A DNA stretch of 52,702 nt from an uncultured bacterium. Lineage in GTDB: Bacteria; JAGOEH01. The position numbers were made by a program, and so were the translations under genes. The stretch covers positions 62,001 through 114,702 of the forward strand of contig CAZWDO010000014.1 of assembly GCA_964632485.1 (NCBI GenBank), in the 5' to 3' direction. The notes beneath the pieces are model-generated. The model ran no database searches. It saw only the letters and a list, made by a program, of their open reading frames with translations, and was not told the origin of the DNA. Of this stretch, positions 8,209 through 17,590 are shown in pieces. Every line of letters begins with the position of its first letter. The first letter of the stretch is position 1.

Positions 8209-9273
8209 ATGGTAGTCGGAATTACGTACGATTTGAAAGATGATTATTTGGGTATGGGTTTTTCCGAGGAGGAAACCGCCGAATTTGATAGTCGGGAAAC
8301 AATCGACGGGATTGAAAATGCATTGAAAAGTCTGGAGTTCCAAACCGAACGCATTGGGAATCTTCATCAATTGGTTAAAGCTCTTGGACAGGGACGGCGT
8401 TGGGATTGGGTATTCAACATCAGTGAAGGGATGTATGGGTTTGGCCGGGAGTCAACTGTTCCCGCGCTGCTGGATGCTTACCAGATACCCTATTCCTTTT
8501 CCGGTCCCCTGGTTCTCTCAATGGCATTGCATAAGGGAATCGCTAAAACCGTTGTAAGTCGCGCCGGGGTTCTGACTCCTTCTTTTATAGTGGTTGATCG
8601 CAAAGAACAATTACAGAATGTGAACTTACCATTCCCGTTGTTTTTGAAACCGGTCGCAGAAGGAACAGGTAAAGGAATTACCCGTGATTCCAGGGTCACG
8701 AATATGGATTCCTTGATATCTGTCGGGGAGTCTCTACTGGAAGCATTCAAGCAACCGGTATTAGTGGAAACTTTTTTGCCGGGACGCGAATTCACCGTTG
8801 GCATCATCGGCAGCGGAGAAAATGCTGAGATCGTGGGCGTAATGGAGATTGTATTCGGCGCTAAGGCTGATTCGAATATTTATTCTTTTTATAATAAAAA
8901 AAATTATCAGGAAGCCGTTAGTTATGTCAAAACTGAAGGCTTATTGCGCGACTCGTGCCGGGAAGTAGCGCTGCAAGCCTGGCGCGCCCTGGGATGCAGA
9001 GATGCCGGCCGTATTGATGTGCGGGCCGATGCCGAGGGGCGTATCCATTTCCTCGAAGTCAATCCTCTTGCCGGTCTCAATCCCCAGGATTCCGATTTGC
9101 CGATTATTTGCGCGATGGAAGGTATTTCCTATCAGGAACTGATCCAGCGGATCGTCTTTTCAATGAGTGAACGCCTGCGGCAGAACGGTGTGGAGCTATT
9201 CCCGTTTCAGTTTATTTTTGACCAATTCGGTAATCGTGCGGAAATCGATCTTCCCACTGCCCATTTTGGGTAA
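8209..9273 (+). CDS. D-Ala-D-Ala ligase-like ATP-grasp protein (non-canonical)
   Basis: GITYDLK..EETAEFD, FNISEG, LKPVAEGTGKGI, GREFTVG, RDAGRIDVR, LEVNPLAGL. Confidence 0.9.
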   Translation: MVVGITYDLKDDYLGMGFSEEETAEFDSRETIDGIENALKSLEFQTERIGNLHQLVKALGQGRRWDWVFNISEGMYGFGRESTVPALLDAYQIPYSFSGPLVLSMALHKGIAKTVVSRAGVLTPSFIVVDRKEQLQNVNLPFPLFLKPVAEGTGKGITRDSRVTNMDSLISVGESLLEAFKQPVLVETFLPGREFTVGIIGSGENAEIVGVMEIVFGAKADSNIYSFYNKKNYQEAVSYVKTEGLLRDSCREVALQAWRALGCRDAGRIDVRADAEGRIHFLEVNPLAGLNPQDSDLPIICAMEGISYQELIQRIVFSMSERLRQNGVELFPFQFIFDQFGNRAEIDLPTAHFG

Positions 9274-10716
9274 TTCGTCGATTACAAAAAATTCTTTAGG
9301 GAGCGCAATGTTTGGTAATTCCCGGGCCATTTTTTTCAATATCTCTTTGGTATTGACCGGCTCCGTAACCGCCGCTACAATTCGCGCTCCCTTTAGTGAA
9401 TCGGGAACCTCAACAACACAGCAAAAAACATGTTCGGGTAATTGCTTCTCGAGACAATTTTCGACTTGAACTAAAGAAATCATTTCGCCGCCGATTTTGA
9501 CAAACCGGCGTAAACGACCTTTATGCCATAAAAAGCCGTCCTCATCGATCATCCCCATGTCGCCGGTATCATACCAGCCATTATGGATGCGATAAGAGGT
9601 TTCTTCCAGGTCGTCGAAATATCCCTTCATCACTAAATCGCCTTTTACGAGGATTTTGCCGGTTTGACCCGGTAGCGCTATTTTATCAGTTTCGGGGACC
9701 GTGATGCGCACTTGTACACTGGGCAAAGGTTTGCCAACGCTGCCATGTTTGTTTTGCCCCGGATAATTTGTGGAAATTACGGGACTGGTCTCGGTGGCTC
9801 CATATCCCTCCAGAAGTTCGAGATTGTGACTACTTAAATATTCCTGACGAAGCGCGTCGGGCAGCTTGTCTGCCCCCGCAACTGCAATGCGAATTGAATC
9901 AAAATCTCCGGGTTGAGACACTTTAAGATAACCCTGAAAAAAAATCGGCGTACCTACTACCAAACTCAGCCGGTAATCCCGGATAATACTGCATACAGTG
10001 CGATAATCCAGCGGATTGGGATAGGTCGCCATCATCATTCCGGTTAACAGTGGCAGCCAGCAATTGACCGTATAACCAAATACATGGAATAATGGCAAGG
10101 CCGACAACATTGAATCATTTTGAGTAATCGTGAAGGTTTTAATCGCGTCTTTAATATTACATAGAATATTACGATGGGTTAATTGCACGGCTTTCGGCGA
10201 TTTTTCGCTGCCGCTGGTAAAGAGAATGACCGCATTGTCGTCCATGCTGCCCTGGTGAATGAACCGTAATAAAAGTTCTGTCGGTAATTTCGCTTTTGCC
10301 GCCGCTGTTAGTTTGTCCACCCAGCTCACCTGGCTGAGAATATCCTCAATAAATATCATCCCTTCTATAATCCGACACCCAATTTTTTCCACTAAAGCCC
10401 TCGATGTGATGATGGTCTTAAAACCACATTTTTTTTGGGCATATTCGGCATTTTGCGCCGCGCCGGTAGAATAATTGATCATTACGGGAACCTTTCCCGC
10501 CATGATCGTCGCTAAAACTGATAAAATGGAGCCAAGAGAAGTTGGAATCATGATGCCTAAAAAACCCTCTTCGTAGCGGTTAAATTTTCCCGTCAGGATT
10601 ATTGAGGCAATGAGTGTTTTTTCAAACGTCATTTCTCGATTGCTGTACCGGTCAATAATAGCGATTTTATTGCTGCGCTCTTTCGCTGTTTTTATAAATT
10701 GACGATGAAGCTGCAT
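9196..10716 (-). CDS. AMP-binding acyl-ACP synthetase (Aas C-terminal-like)
   Basis: ILFTSGSEKSPKAV, EGYGATETSP, GWYDTGD, GRLRRFVKIGGEMISL, LPKMGSGKIDF. Confidence 0.9.
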   Translation of the reverse strand: MQLHRQFIKTAKERSNKIAIIDRYSNREMTFEKTLIASIILTGKFNRYEEGFLGIMIPTSLGSILSVLATIMAGKVPVMINYSTGAAQNAEYAQKKCGFKTIITSRALVEKIGCRIIEGMIFIEDILSQVSWVDKLTAAAKAKLPTELLLRFIHQGSMDDNAVILFTSGSEKSPKAVQLTHRNILCNIKDAIKTFTITQNDSMLSALPLFHVFGYTVNCWLPLLTGMMMATYPNPLDYRTVCSIIRDYRLSLVVGTPIFFQGYLKVSQPGDFDSIRIAVAGADKLPDALRQEYLSSHNLELLEGYGATETSPVISTNYPGQNKHGSVGKPLPSVQVRITVPETDKIALPGQTGKILVKGDLVMKGYFDDLEETSYRIHNGWYDTGDMGMIDEDGFLWHKGRLRRFVKIGGEMISLVQVENCLEKQLPEHVFCCVVEVPDSLKGARIVAAVTEPVNTKEILKKMARELPNIALPKEFFVIDELPKMGSGKIDFRTITELVKNKLKRE

Positions 10717-10964
10717 TTTTCCTCCTCTGTTTTCTGTTCAAATTATGAAATGTTTGACGATAACATATATTCCAGTTCAGTGGAAACGGGGCGCTAAGTC
10801 ACAGTTTACAAAATTTAAATAAAAAAATAATAAAATGCAAGCTAAAATTTTGAAAAACAGTCAATTATTAAAATTTATGATGCGCTTCTATCTACTATTT
10901 CGTTTCCAATTATTGATTGATGTTTCATCCCTATAAAAAAAAAAGGAATCGAGTGAAAAATTTA

Positions 10965-10993
10965 TTGACAATAAGTCTAATTTTTTCTATATT
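10965..10993 (+). promoter_or_regulatory. Sigma70 promoter
   Basis: TTGACA-17 nt-TATATT upstream of 11094. Confidence 0.7.
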
Positions 10994-11093
10994 CTATGGC
11001 ATGAATAGGATGAGTAATGGAACCTGCAAATCGGATTTTGGGAAGATGAAGTTGTATGTTTAGGGATACCCATGAAAAAAAGATGGAGTATGA

Positions 11094-13013
11094 ATGAAAA
11101 CTCGCGATATATTGCCTGATTTATCCTTCTCCTTAATTACTGAAATTGTTCGCAATCGCCGTCTTTTTGCCGAAAGTGAGTTTGAAGAGGATGAAAAACT
11201 AAAATATCAGTTTATTGGTTTAATCGTATCGGATGAAAAAAATTTTGAGCATACCCGCCGTTATCTTTCTGATTTGTCGGATGCTTCCAAAAAAGTGCTG
11301 ATGTACTTTGCGTCCGAGGGTGGGTCAATGGAGGAGGAGGATTTTTACCGCCATTATGATGCCGCTTCCCAGGAAGAAACCGCAGCATCCATCCGTTACT
11401 TGCGCAGTTGGGGCTTCCTCTATTTTGATCCGTACTATCAGAAAAATTTCAATATCCGGCTAGTGGGTATTCCTGAAGCCTATTTACCGTATATCCGCAT
11501 TCCGGTATTTCTGGAAAATAAATTTTGTTACTATTTAGCTAAATTGTCCCCGGAGTTGCTGCAGTCGTTACAGATTTTCGTTTTTGGCGAGTTGCTTCCC
11601 TGTCAATTCAAGGATTATATTTTATACCGTTTCCGTCGTGAAATATCAGATCCAGCGCATATACAGAATCTCGTTAAGCGGCTGCCTTTATTGAAACGAA
11701 AAGCTCTTGAACTGACCTTACAGTATAAAGGAAGAATCTGGTTGAGCCTTTTGATTAAAAAATTGGGGATGGTAAAATCGATTGAAGTGGCTCAACGCAA
11801 TATCGTATGGAATCATCCCTTTATATTCATCAACCATGACCGTAAAAAAGATTGTATGATTTCGATCCCTTCGGATATTTTTTTTCTTTTAAAGAATCAA
11901 CCCCACAATAATTTTTTTACGTATCAGGCATCATTTGATTTTTTTCTGGGGTTTGGCGCTCATCCACAACAGAACAAGTTGTCAAATGAATATCAATGGT
12001 TTCTCGATTTTGCTTACTTAGTGCAATTTTCTTTAGACTCGCAATCTGATCAACTACTGAGTAAGGGTTTTTCTAAAAAACGCGATCGCATGATTTTGAA
12101 TGTGGATTACAAGGGAATGCCCTTTATTGTTTTTATGGTTTTATTGGGGAGTTTAGCCAAATTGCTGAAATTGGATGGGAATCGCTTCAGCCCTACTCCG
12201 GCTTTAAAAAATCATACACTATCCGCCGGCCAACTGGGTAAAATACTTTTTCATGTTTGGGGCGATCACTTTTTCGATGACGAACTCTTCGATAAAAAAT
12301 TTCTTCGCATTAATAAAATGCAATTAAAATCAAAACGAGATGTTTTTAATTTACATATGATTAAGAAGGAACTTCTTTTTCTTTTGCAAGCGTTCCAACC
12401 CGGTATCCCGGTACGAATCGACGCTTTTTTAATCTTCTTTTTTGATTGGATCAAAATCTCCACATATTACCAATCCTTTAACTATGAAGCCTGTTTGTTT
12501 ATGAATATCTCTCCTGAACAACTCCAGTATCTTCATCGGGTGCTAATAGGTCCCTTGTTTTGGTTAGGTATTATCCAGATTGAAAATAAAGAAAAGCTTG
12601 ATTTTTTCTTTGAAATGGTAGATGAGGGATTGCGGACCAATCAGACATTGAACCAGTTAATAAAAAATGATCAGTTGCAAAAATGTGAAGCCTGGTTTAT
12701 GGTCACCCATTGGGGATACCGTCTTATTCACGATCTGGAAGAAAATCTCTCAACGAGTTTGCTCCCAAACGTATTGATTGAAGGCGACCGGATCAGTATC
12801 CGTAAATCGGAATTTGAAAAAAAATGGTTCGTTTGGCTGCAATACTTGCGATTGATGGATCAAAATGAAGAGTTCTTCATTCTTATTCCTGGAATACGCT
12901 CAAACAAACCTGTTCATAAAATGCGTCAGGAATTGTCAGGTTTGAGCGAAAACGGGGAGGAAGTTTTAAGATTTCTTCTTGATCAGCGGCTGGAGAATGA
13001 TGCGGATTCCTAA
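11094..13013 (+). CDS. Hypothetical protein, possibly winged-helix/helicase-associated-domain-like
   Basis: 639-aa ORF with own promoter; PLFWLGII...VTHWGYRLI resembles the region preceding XPB-associated Helicase_C_3 domains (weak). Confidence 0.6.
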   Translation: MKTRDILPDLSFSLITEIVRNRRLFAESEFEEDEKLKYQFIGLIVSDEKNFEHTRRYLSDLSDASKKVLMYFASEGGSMEEEDFYRHYDAASQEETAASIRYLRSWGFLYFDPYYQKNFNIRLVGIPEAYLPYIRIPVFLENKFCYYLAKLSPELLQSLQIFVFGELLPCQFKDYILYRFRREISDPAHIQNLVKRLPLLKRKALELTLQYKGRIWLSLLIKKLGMVKSIEVAQRNIVWNHPFIFINHDRKKDCMISIPSDIFFLLKNQPHNNFFTYQASFDFFLGFGAHPQQNKLSNEYQWFLDFAYLVQFSLDSQSDQLLSKGFSKKRDRMILNVDYKGMPFIVFMVLLGSLAKLLKLDGNRFSPTPALKNHTLSAGQLGKILFHVWGDHFFDDELFDKKFLRINKMQLKSKRDVFNLHMIKKELLFLLQAFQPGIPVRIDAFLIFFFDWIKISTYYQSFNYEACLFMNISPEQLQYLHRVLIGPLFWLGIIQIENKEKLDFFFEMVDEGLRTNQTLNQLIKNDQLQKCEAWFMVTHWGYRLIHDLEENLSTSLLPNVLIEGDRISIRKSEFEKKWFVWLQYLRLMDQNEEFFILIPGIRSNKPVHKMRQELSGLSENGEEVLRFLLDQRLENDADS

Positions 13014-13460
13014 AAAAACTAGAAAAATCCCTATCAACGCTTTGGTTTGAAGTTGATGATACCAGATAGTGTTGTTTAAAACCCAAAGTACTGAAGGGAT
13101 CAAGAGCGCCAAAGATGTCAGAAAATTTGAAAAATGGGGAGTGGGAACGAATGACTGGATACAGGAAGCCAGAGTAAAACACACAAAAATCAGTGGAAAA
13201 AGATCATAAAAATCATAGGGATAAAAGAAATCGTTCCGCCAGAGAAGAAGAATAATCCCTGAAAGAGTCCAAAAAACACCGCTGTGTATTTTGGGATAGG
13301 AGAAGATCATGCATAGAATGCCACCCACGATAAAAAACCAGGGCCACACAGTCAGCATATCCCATTCAATATTCAAAAAACCGATATTGTTTAACAACAA
13401 AAAGCTACCAGCTATTATCAGCAAAACACCCCATAAAATTTTACGCGGAAACTTGGCCAT
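12966..13460 (-). CDS. LiaF/DUF5668-like membrane protein
   Basis: Likely start MAKFPRK at 13460; WGVLLIIAGSFLLLNN..WPWFFIVGG repeated TM units; follows the pspC-like gene. Confidence 0.75.
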   Translation of the reverse strand: MAKFPRKILWGVLLIIAGSFLLLNNIGFLNIEWDMLTVWPWFFIVGGILCMIFSYPKIHSGVFWTLSGIILLLWRNDFFYPYDFYDLFPLIFVCFTLASCIQSFVPTPHFSNFLTSLALLIPSVLWVLNNTIWYHQLQTKALIGIFLVFLGIRIILQPLIKKKS

Positions 13461-14265
13461 CCGTTTGGCTCCTTTCTTCATTTTCAACCGCTGATTGGGC
13501 AGAATGCGATTTCTTTGAAATCGGTTCCTCAGGAACAACAAAATACATAATAAAATAACCAATAACCGCAAAGAAAAAACCAGTGGCAAAAGCAATCAGA
13601 ATCATGAGCAGGCGCATAATCGATGAATCGATATGGAAATAGCGCGCCAACCCCCCGCAAATACCGAAAATTTTCTTGTCTTCCCGACTTCGGTATAATT
13701 GACCCTGTATGCTGAAAAGTGGTTTGTTGGGAATGTTCGGCGCTTCATTTGCGCTGTAATCTTTTGTATGCTGATGAGTTGCCGGATCATATTGAGTGAA
13801 ATCGCCGCTCTCGTTTCCTCCCCGGCGGGATCTGAAAAACGAGTAGAGCAAAAGTCCGCCAATGAGCATTAACACGCTTGGAAAAAAGAGTTTTTCAGAG
13901 AGTTGGCTGAGTTCGCCGATCAAACGGAATGGCGCTGTGAATATTGAAAGTTTCCGTAATAAAATAATCACTCCAGCCCCAATAAGAATTAGCCCGATAA
14001 AATAAAAAACCTGATCGCTGTTGATTTTGTCAAATTTAAAAACAGGCGGGGATAAATCGGAACTTTGACGGCTACCATCGCTTTTGGGGATGATGATCAT
14101 GGCGATAAGATAAATGAGAATACCCGATCCTCCGAAGACCGTCAGAGCGACAAAAATCAGCCGGATGATAACCGGGTCAATGTTTAAATACTCGCCAATT
14201 CCACCGCATACTCCGGCGATTATTTTTTGAGAAACGCTGCGATATAATTTCTTGGAAGGTTCCAT
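13441..14265 (-). CDS. Tandem PspC-domain membrane protein
   Basis: Two PspC motifs: KLYRS..KIIAGVCGGIGEYLNIDP and LYRSREDKKIFGICGGLARYF. Confidence 0.9.
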   Translation of the reverse strand: MEPSKKLYRSVSQKIIAGVCGGIGEYLNIDPVIIRLIFVALTVFGGSGILIYLIAMIIIPKSDGSRQSSDLSPPVFKFDKINSDQVFYFIGLILIGAGVIILLRKLSIFTAPFRLIGELSQLSEKLFFPSVLMLIGGLLLYSFFRSRRGGNESGDFTQYDPATHQHTKDYSANEAPNIPNKPLFSIQGQLYRSREDKKIFGICGGLARYFHIDSSIMRLLMILIAFATGFFFAVIGYFIMYFVVPEEPISKKSHSAQSAVENEERSQTDGQVSA

Positions 14266-14396
14266 AATTTTTTCCTCCGTTAGTTGTTCTTCCTAAACCT
14301 ATATACGGGATTGAAGAATTAAAGTTCGAATACTCCATCTCGCATCAAATGGACTTAGCCGGATTTTATTTTAAAATACAGTAAATTGCTATGAAT

Positions 14397-14999
14397 TCAA
14401 GCTGAAGTCGAATTGAGTTGGCGTAGAAAGTTTTTAAATGCGGCGGCGCGATGGCTGATTTTATGTTTCTCATCGGGAGGTATCTGCGCCATGGTACACC
14501 GTGACCGAGGTAGGTAGAACAGGGGATCGTAACCAAATCCGTATTCCCCGACCGGTTTGTCAGCGATGAATCCCGGGCATACGCCATACGCCTGTATGGC
14601 TATATGGGTGTCAATATATGCTAATGCGCAATGGAACTTAGCTGAGCGCTTTTCTGGTGGAAATGGTTGTGTCCTGCGGATCAGGTCATCCATTCGTTGG
14701 GGAAACGTTGCATCCGGCCGTAAGTAACGCGCTGAATAGATTCCGGGTTCCCCGTTTAATGCGTCAATAGCCAAGCCTGAATCATCGGCCAGAATAGGAA
14801 GCCCGGTTGCCTCGCGCCAGGCGCGGGCTTTAATCCATGCATTAGCCATAAATGTCGCGCCATCTTCAATAATCGTTAATTGCTTGGTGGTATCAACTTC
14901 AATCTGGATGTCCAACTCTCCGTAAAGCTTTGCCAGCGCTTGATATTCATCTGCCTTATGTCGGTTTCCGCTCGCCAGCAGAATTTTTTTCACGGTCAT
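14397..14999 (-). CDS. rdgB: Non-canonical purine NTP pyrophosphatase (HAM1/RdgB)
   Basis: LASGNRHK, ADDSGL, PGIYSAR, GFGYDPLF, KHKISHR. Confidence 0.95.
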   Translation of the reverse strand: MTVKKILLASGNRHKADEYQALAKLYGELDIQIEVDTTKQLTIIEDGATFMANAWIKARAWREATGLPILADDSGLAIDALNGEPGIYSARYLRPDATFPQRMDDLIRRTQPFPPEKRSAKFHCALAYIDTHIAIQAYGVCPGFIADKPVGEYGFGYDPLFYLPRSRCTMAQIPPDEKHKISHRAAAFKNFLRQLNSTSA

Positions 15000-16156
15000 A
15001 TCCTGCTAATGCAAAGCATGGTGACATCGTCTTCAAAGGGGCGGTTTTGTGTAAACCGCACTAAATCGTTAAAAATATAGTGACACGTTTCTTCCGGCAT
15101 AAGTTCAAACGTTTTGCTTAAAGCGCTATCCAGCCGCGGTGAATTGTAGAGTTCATTTTTTAAGTTTTCCGCTTCTACTATACCATCCGTGTATAAAAAA
15201 AGTTTGTCTCCCTTGGTGAACGGAACGGTCCGTTCCTCGATATCAAACATATCGAAAAGTCCGAGCATCATGCCGGTTGACTCCAAATATTGCATGGATT
15301 GTCCCGGGGATAATAGATTCATTTTAGGATGCCCGGCATTCGCAAATGTCAGCTCATTTTTATCCATATCAAGTAAACAGCAGAAACTCGTTACAAAATT
15401 TCCATCGATATTTTCATTCAGATCGGCGTTCAATCGTATAAACAATTCGGCTGGAGATGATACCCGTGAAGAGTAAAACTGAAATGTCATTTTAAACATT
15501 GCGGTAATCAGGGATGAAGAGACGCCATGTCCGGACACATCGGCGATAACAACTAACATTTGTGACGATGAAATTTTTATCACATCAAAGAAATCCCCGC
15601 CCAAATGCTGTGACGGTTTGTAATGGGATGCAATCTTGTAATGATTGCTAAAAGGAAATTCTTTGGGTAACATGTTGGTTTGGAGCCGGGACGCCATTTC
15701 CAATTCCTTGGTGATCCGTTCAGTGTGGTGGATGATCACATCATTGGCTTCGGTCAACTTCTCCAGGATGGCAATTAAGTTCTGCGATTGTTCGTCAAAT
15801 TTATCCTTATATATCTCGGCTTGCTCCAACCCTTCAGCCAATTCCTCAGAAGTGGCATGGATGTCCTGTTCAAATTGCCAGCGCTCGCTAAAATCCAGGA
15901 AAACAATTAAGAAATTTCCATCGGCTAATTGATCATTTTTTACCCAAATCGTAAGTTGGTCGTCGATTTGAAGAGAAAAAGACTCTCCCAATGGGTGTTG
16001 GTGAATCGTTTTGAGCCATGCCTCCGAAATCACAGCAGTATCCAGGGCTGGGATTAATTTAAGCGCCGCATCACTGGCCCAAATGATTTTCCCTTCTAAT
16101 TGATAGATAAAACAGGGAATATAAGGGTCAATATTAAACTCTGAATTTACCGGCAT
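14996..16156 (-). CDS. SpoIIE/PP2C phosphatase with PAS-like N-terminus and coiled coil
   Basis: LGGDFFD, ADVSGHG, NAGHP, LYTDGIVE, EDDVT. Confidence 0.9.
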   Translation of the reverse strand: MPVNSEFNIDPYIPCFIYQLEGKIIWASDAALKLIPALDTAVISEAWLKTIHQHPLGESFSLQIDDQLTIWVKNDQLADGNFLIVFLDFSERWQFEQDIHATSEELAEGLEQAEIYKDKFDEQSQNLIAILEKLTEANDVIIHHTERITKELEMASRLQTNMLPKEFPFSNHYKIASHYKPSQHLGGDFFDVIKISSSQMLVVIADVSGHGVSSSLITAMFKMTFQFYSSRVSSPAELFIRLNADLNENIDGNFVTSFCCLLDMDKNELTFANAGHPKMNLLSPGQSMQYLESTGMMLGLFDMFDIEERTVPFTKGDKLFLYTDGIVEAENLKNELYNSPRLDSALSKTFELMPEETCHYIFNDLVRFTQNRPFEDDVTMLCISRI

Positions 16157-17349
16157 TGGTTCAATACCTCTATTTGCGCATCATCATGTTTAATATAGTT
16201 CAGATATTCTTCGATCTTGTCGGAATAAGAACTGGCTAACTGGTTGCTTATAAATACGTCCGCGTAAAAAGTGCCGATGGGAATCACGTCGAGCCAATCG
16301 GAACACGATTCGTAATAGTTTTGGTATTTCGGGGGGATCGAATCGGTTATAACCACCCTCTTCAAACTTTGCTCTTTGACGACCGCTTCGCGCAGGCGTT
16401 CTTCGCCGGAAATCAGCAACCCGCTTTGTCGATCAAAAGAAGGGCTGAAAAGACCGTGAGTTGAAAATGCATAAATTTCCTTAGCTCCCCGTTCTTTCAA
16501 GGACCGCGAAATTTCAATCAACGTGCCGCCGGAATCGATAATATCATCAATTAAATAGCAATACTTACCTTTAACATCGCCTACAATTGAGACAATCTCA
16601 GCCTTTCCCTGTTCTGGCCGTCGTTTGTCACCCGTACAATAATGGTCAAGTCCCAATAGTTTAGAAAAAAAACGGGCCTTTTTGGCAGCTCCGGCATCCG
16701 GCGCCACTACCGCCATCTCCTCCAAGGGGTGGCGTAAACGGGATTGTATATAGAGCGCAAAGCTGGGTATCGCCGTTATTTCGTCAATTGGACCGTCAAA
16801 ATGAGCCATGGCTTGACGCGCATGCAGATCCGTCGTCACGATGCGCTTTAATTTGGTCCCGCAAGAGTGGATGATCTGGTTGAACATCAATTTGGCAGTC
16901 AGAGGAACCCGACTTTCATCCTTCTTATCCTGACGCTGATAAGGGATATAAGGGATGTAAACGGTTATTGTCCGCGCCCCCGCCCGGTTGGCCGCATCGT
17001 TTAATATCAGTAATTCTTGAAAATCGTTGTTTTTGTCATTGAAACACTGGAATATATGGATATCGCGTTCGCGAATGTTTGTCCGTATCTGAGCGTAAAT
17101 CTCGCCATCATTATGGTTCTTTACAAATACCGGCGAAACCTTGATCACTTCGTCCCGCATCTCTTCATAGATTTTATGGATTCGTTTGCTGCACGAATAA
17201 AATCGCTTATTCAACTTTCCTTTAATAGCATGTACTGTTCGCTGCGCAAATTCCCCACCGCTTCTGCCACTGATTATAACGGTGTTATCCAGTTTGAGCA
17301 GACTCGCTATGTCCCGAAAATCGTTCAGATTATCGATTTGATCCAACAT
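16147..17349 (-). CDS. prs: Ribose-phosphate pyrophosphokinase
   Basis: DGEIYAQI, PYIPYQRQDKK, DLHA, VVAPDAGA, IDDIIDSGGT, THGLFS. Confidence 0.9.
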   Translation of the reverse strand: MLDQIDNLNDFRDIASLLKLDNTVIISGRSGGEFAQRTVHAIKGKLNKRFYSCSKRIHKIYEEMRDEVIKVSPVFVKNHNDGEIYAQIRTNIRERDIHIFQCFNDKNNDFQELLILNDAANRAGARTITVYIPYIPYQRQDKKDESRVPLTAKLMFNQIIHSCGTKLKRIVTTDLHARQAMAHFDGPIDEITAIPSFALYIQSRLRHPLEEMAVVAPDAGAAKKARFFSKLLGLDHYCTGDKRRPEQGKAEIVSIVGDVKGKYCYLIDDIIDSGGTLIEISRSLKERGAKEIYAFSTHGLFSPSFDRQSGLLISGEERLREAVVKEQSLKRVVITDSIPPKYQNYYESCSDWLDVIPIGTFYADVFISNQLASSYSDKIEEYLNYIKHDDAQIEVLNQCR

Positions 17350-17444
17350 GCTTTAGCCTTTCAATTAAACTCAATTGGTAAATAGTTGCGTCTGTCATCG
17401 CCTATCTTAATCTAAGATATCGCTGGCGGTCGAATATTTAAAAT

Positions 17445-17472
17445 AATATAACAGAATATCAGTAAAAGTCAA
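17445..17472 (-). promoter_or_regulatory. Divergent sigma70 promoter for prs operon
   Basis: Minus strand TTGACT-16 nt-TATATT with TG extension. Confidence 0.6.
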
Positions 17473-17492
17473 GAGAGAAAAAAAATATTATA

Positions 17493-17510
17493 TCGAGAAA
17501 AAATTCTCTA
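17493..17510. promoter_or_regulatory. Putative Rex operator 1
   Basis: TCGAGAA-AAAA-TTCTCTA, 7-4-7 near-palindrome upstream of the -35. Confidence 0.7.
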
Positions 17511-17518
17511 TTTCCCTC

Positions 17519-17547
17519 TTGACAAGCGGAGCGAATCTATGTATATT
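17519..17547 (+). promoter_or_regulatory. Sigma70 promoter of rex-hydrogenase operon
   Basis: TTGACA-17 nt-TATATT. Confidence 0.8.
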
Positions 17548-17551
17548 TATA

Positions 17552-17569
17552 TCGAGAAAAAATTCTCGA
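17552..17569. promoter_or_regulatory. Putative Rex operator 2
   Basis: TCGAGAA-AAAA-TTCTCGA with perfectly complementary 7-bp arms, over the predicted transcription start. Confidence 0.75.
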
Positions 17570-17590
17570 ATTAACGAAAGGAAGGCTGAT

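Noticed and set aside
7114..9273. Calling the ATP-grasp genes ddl
   Set aside because: They lack the Ddl N-terminal D-Ala-binding motif and any mur/dcw context
13461..13595. N-terminal extension of the LiaF-like ORF
   Set aside because: Lies inside the pspC-like gene; ATG 13460 fits the family start
17519..17590. N-terminal extension of Rex in the ORF track
   Set aside because: The TTG is the -35 box and the region holds the promoter and operator; TTG 17591 has an RBS
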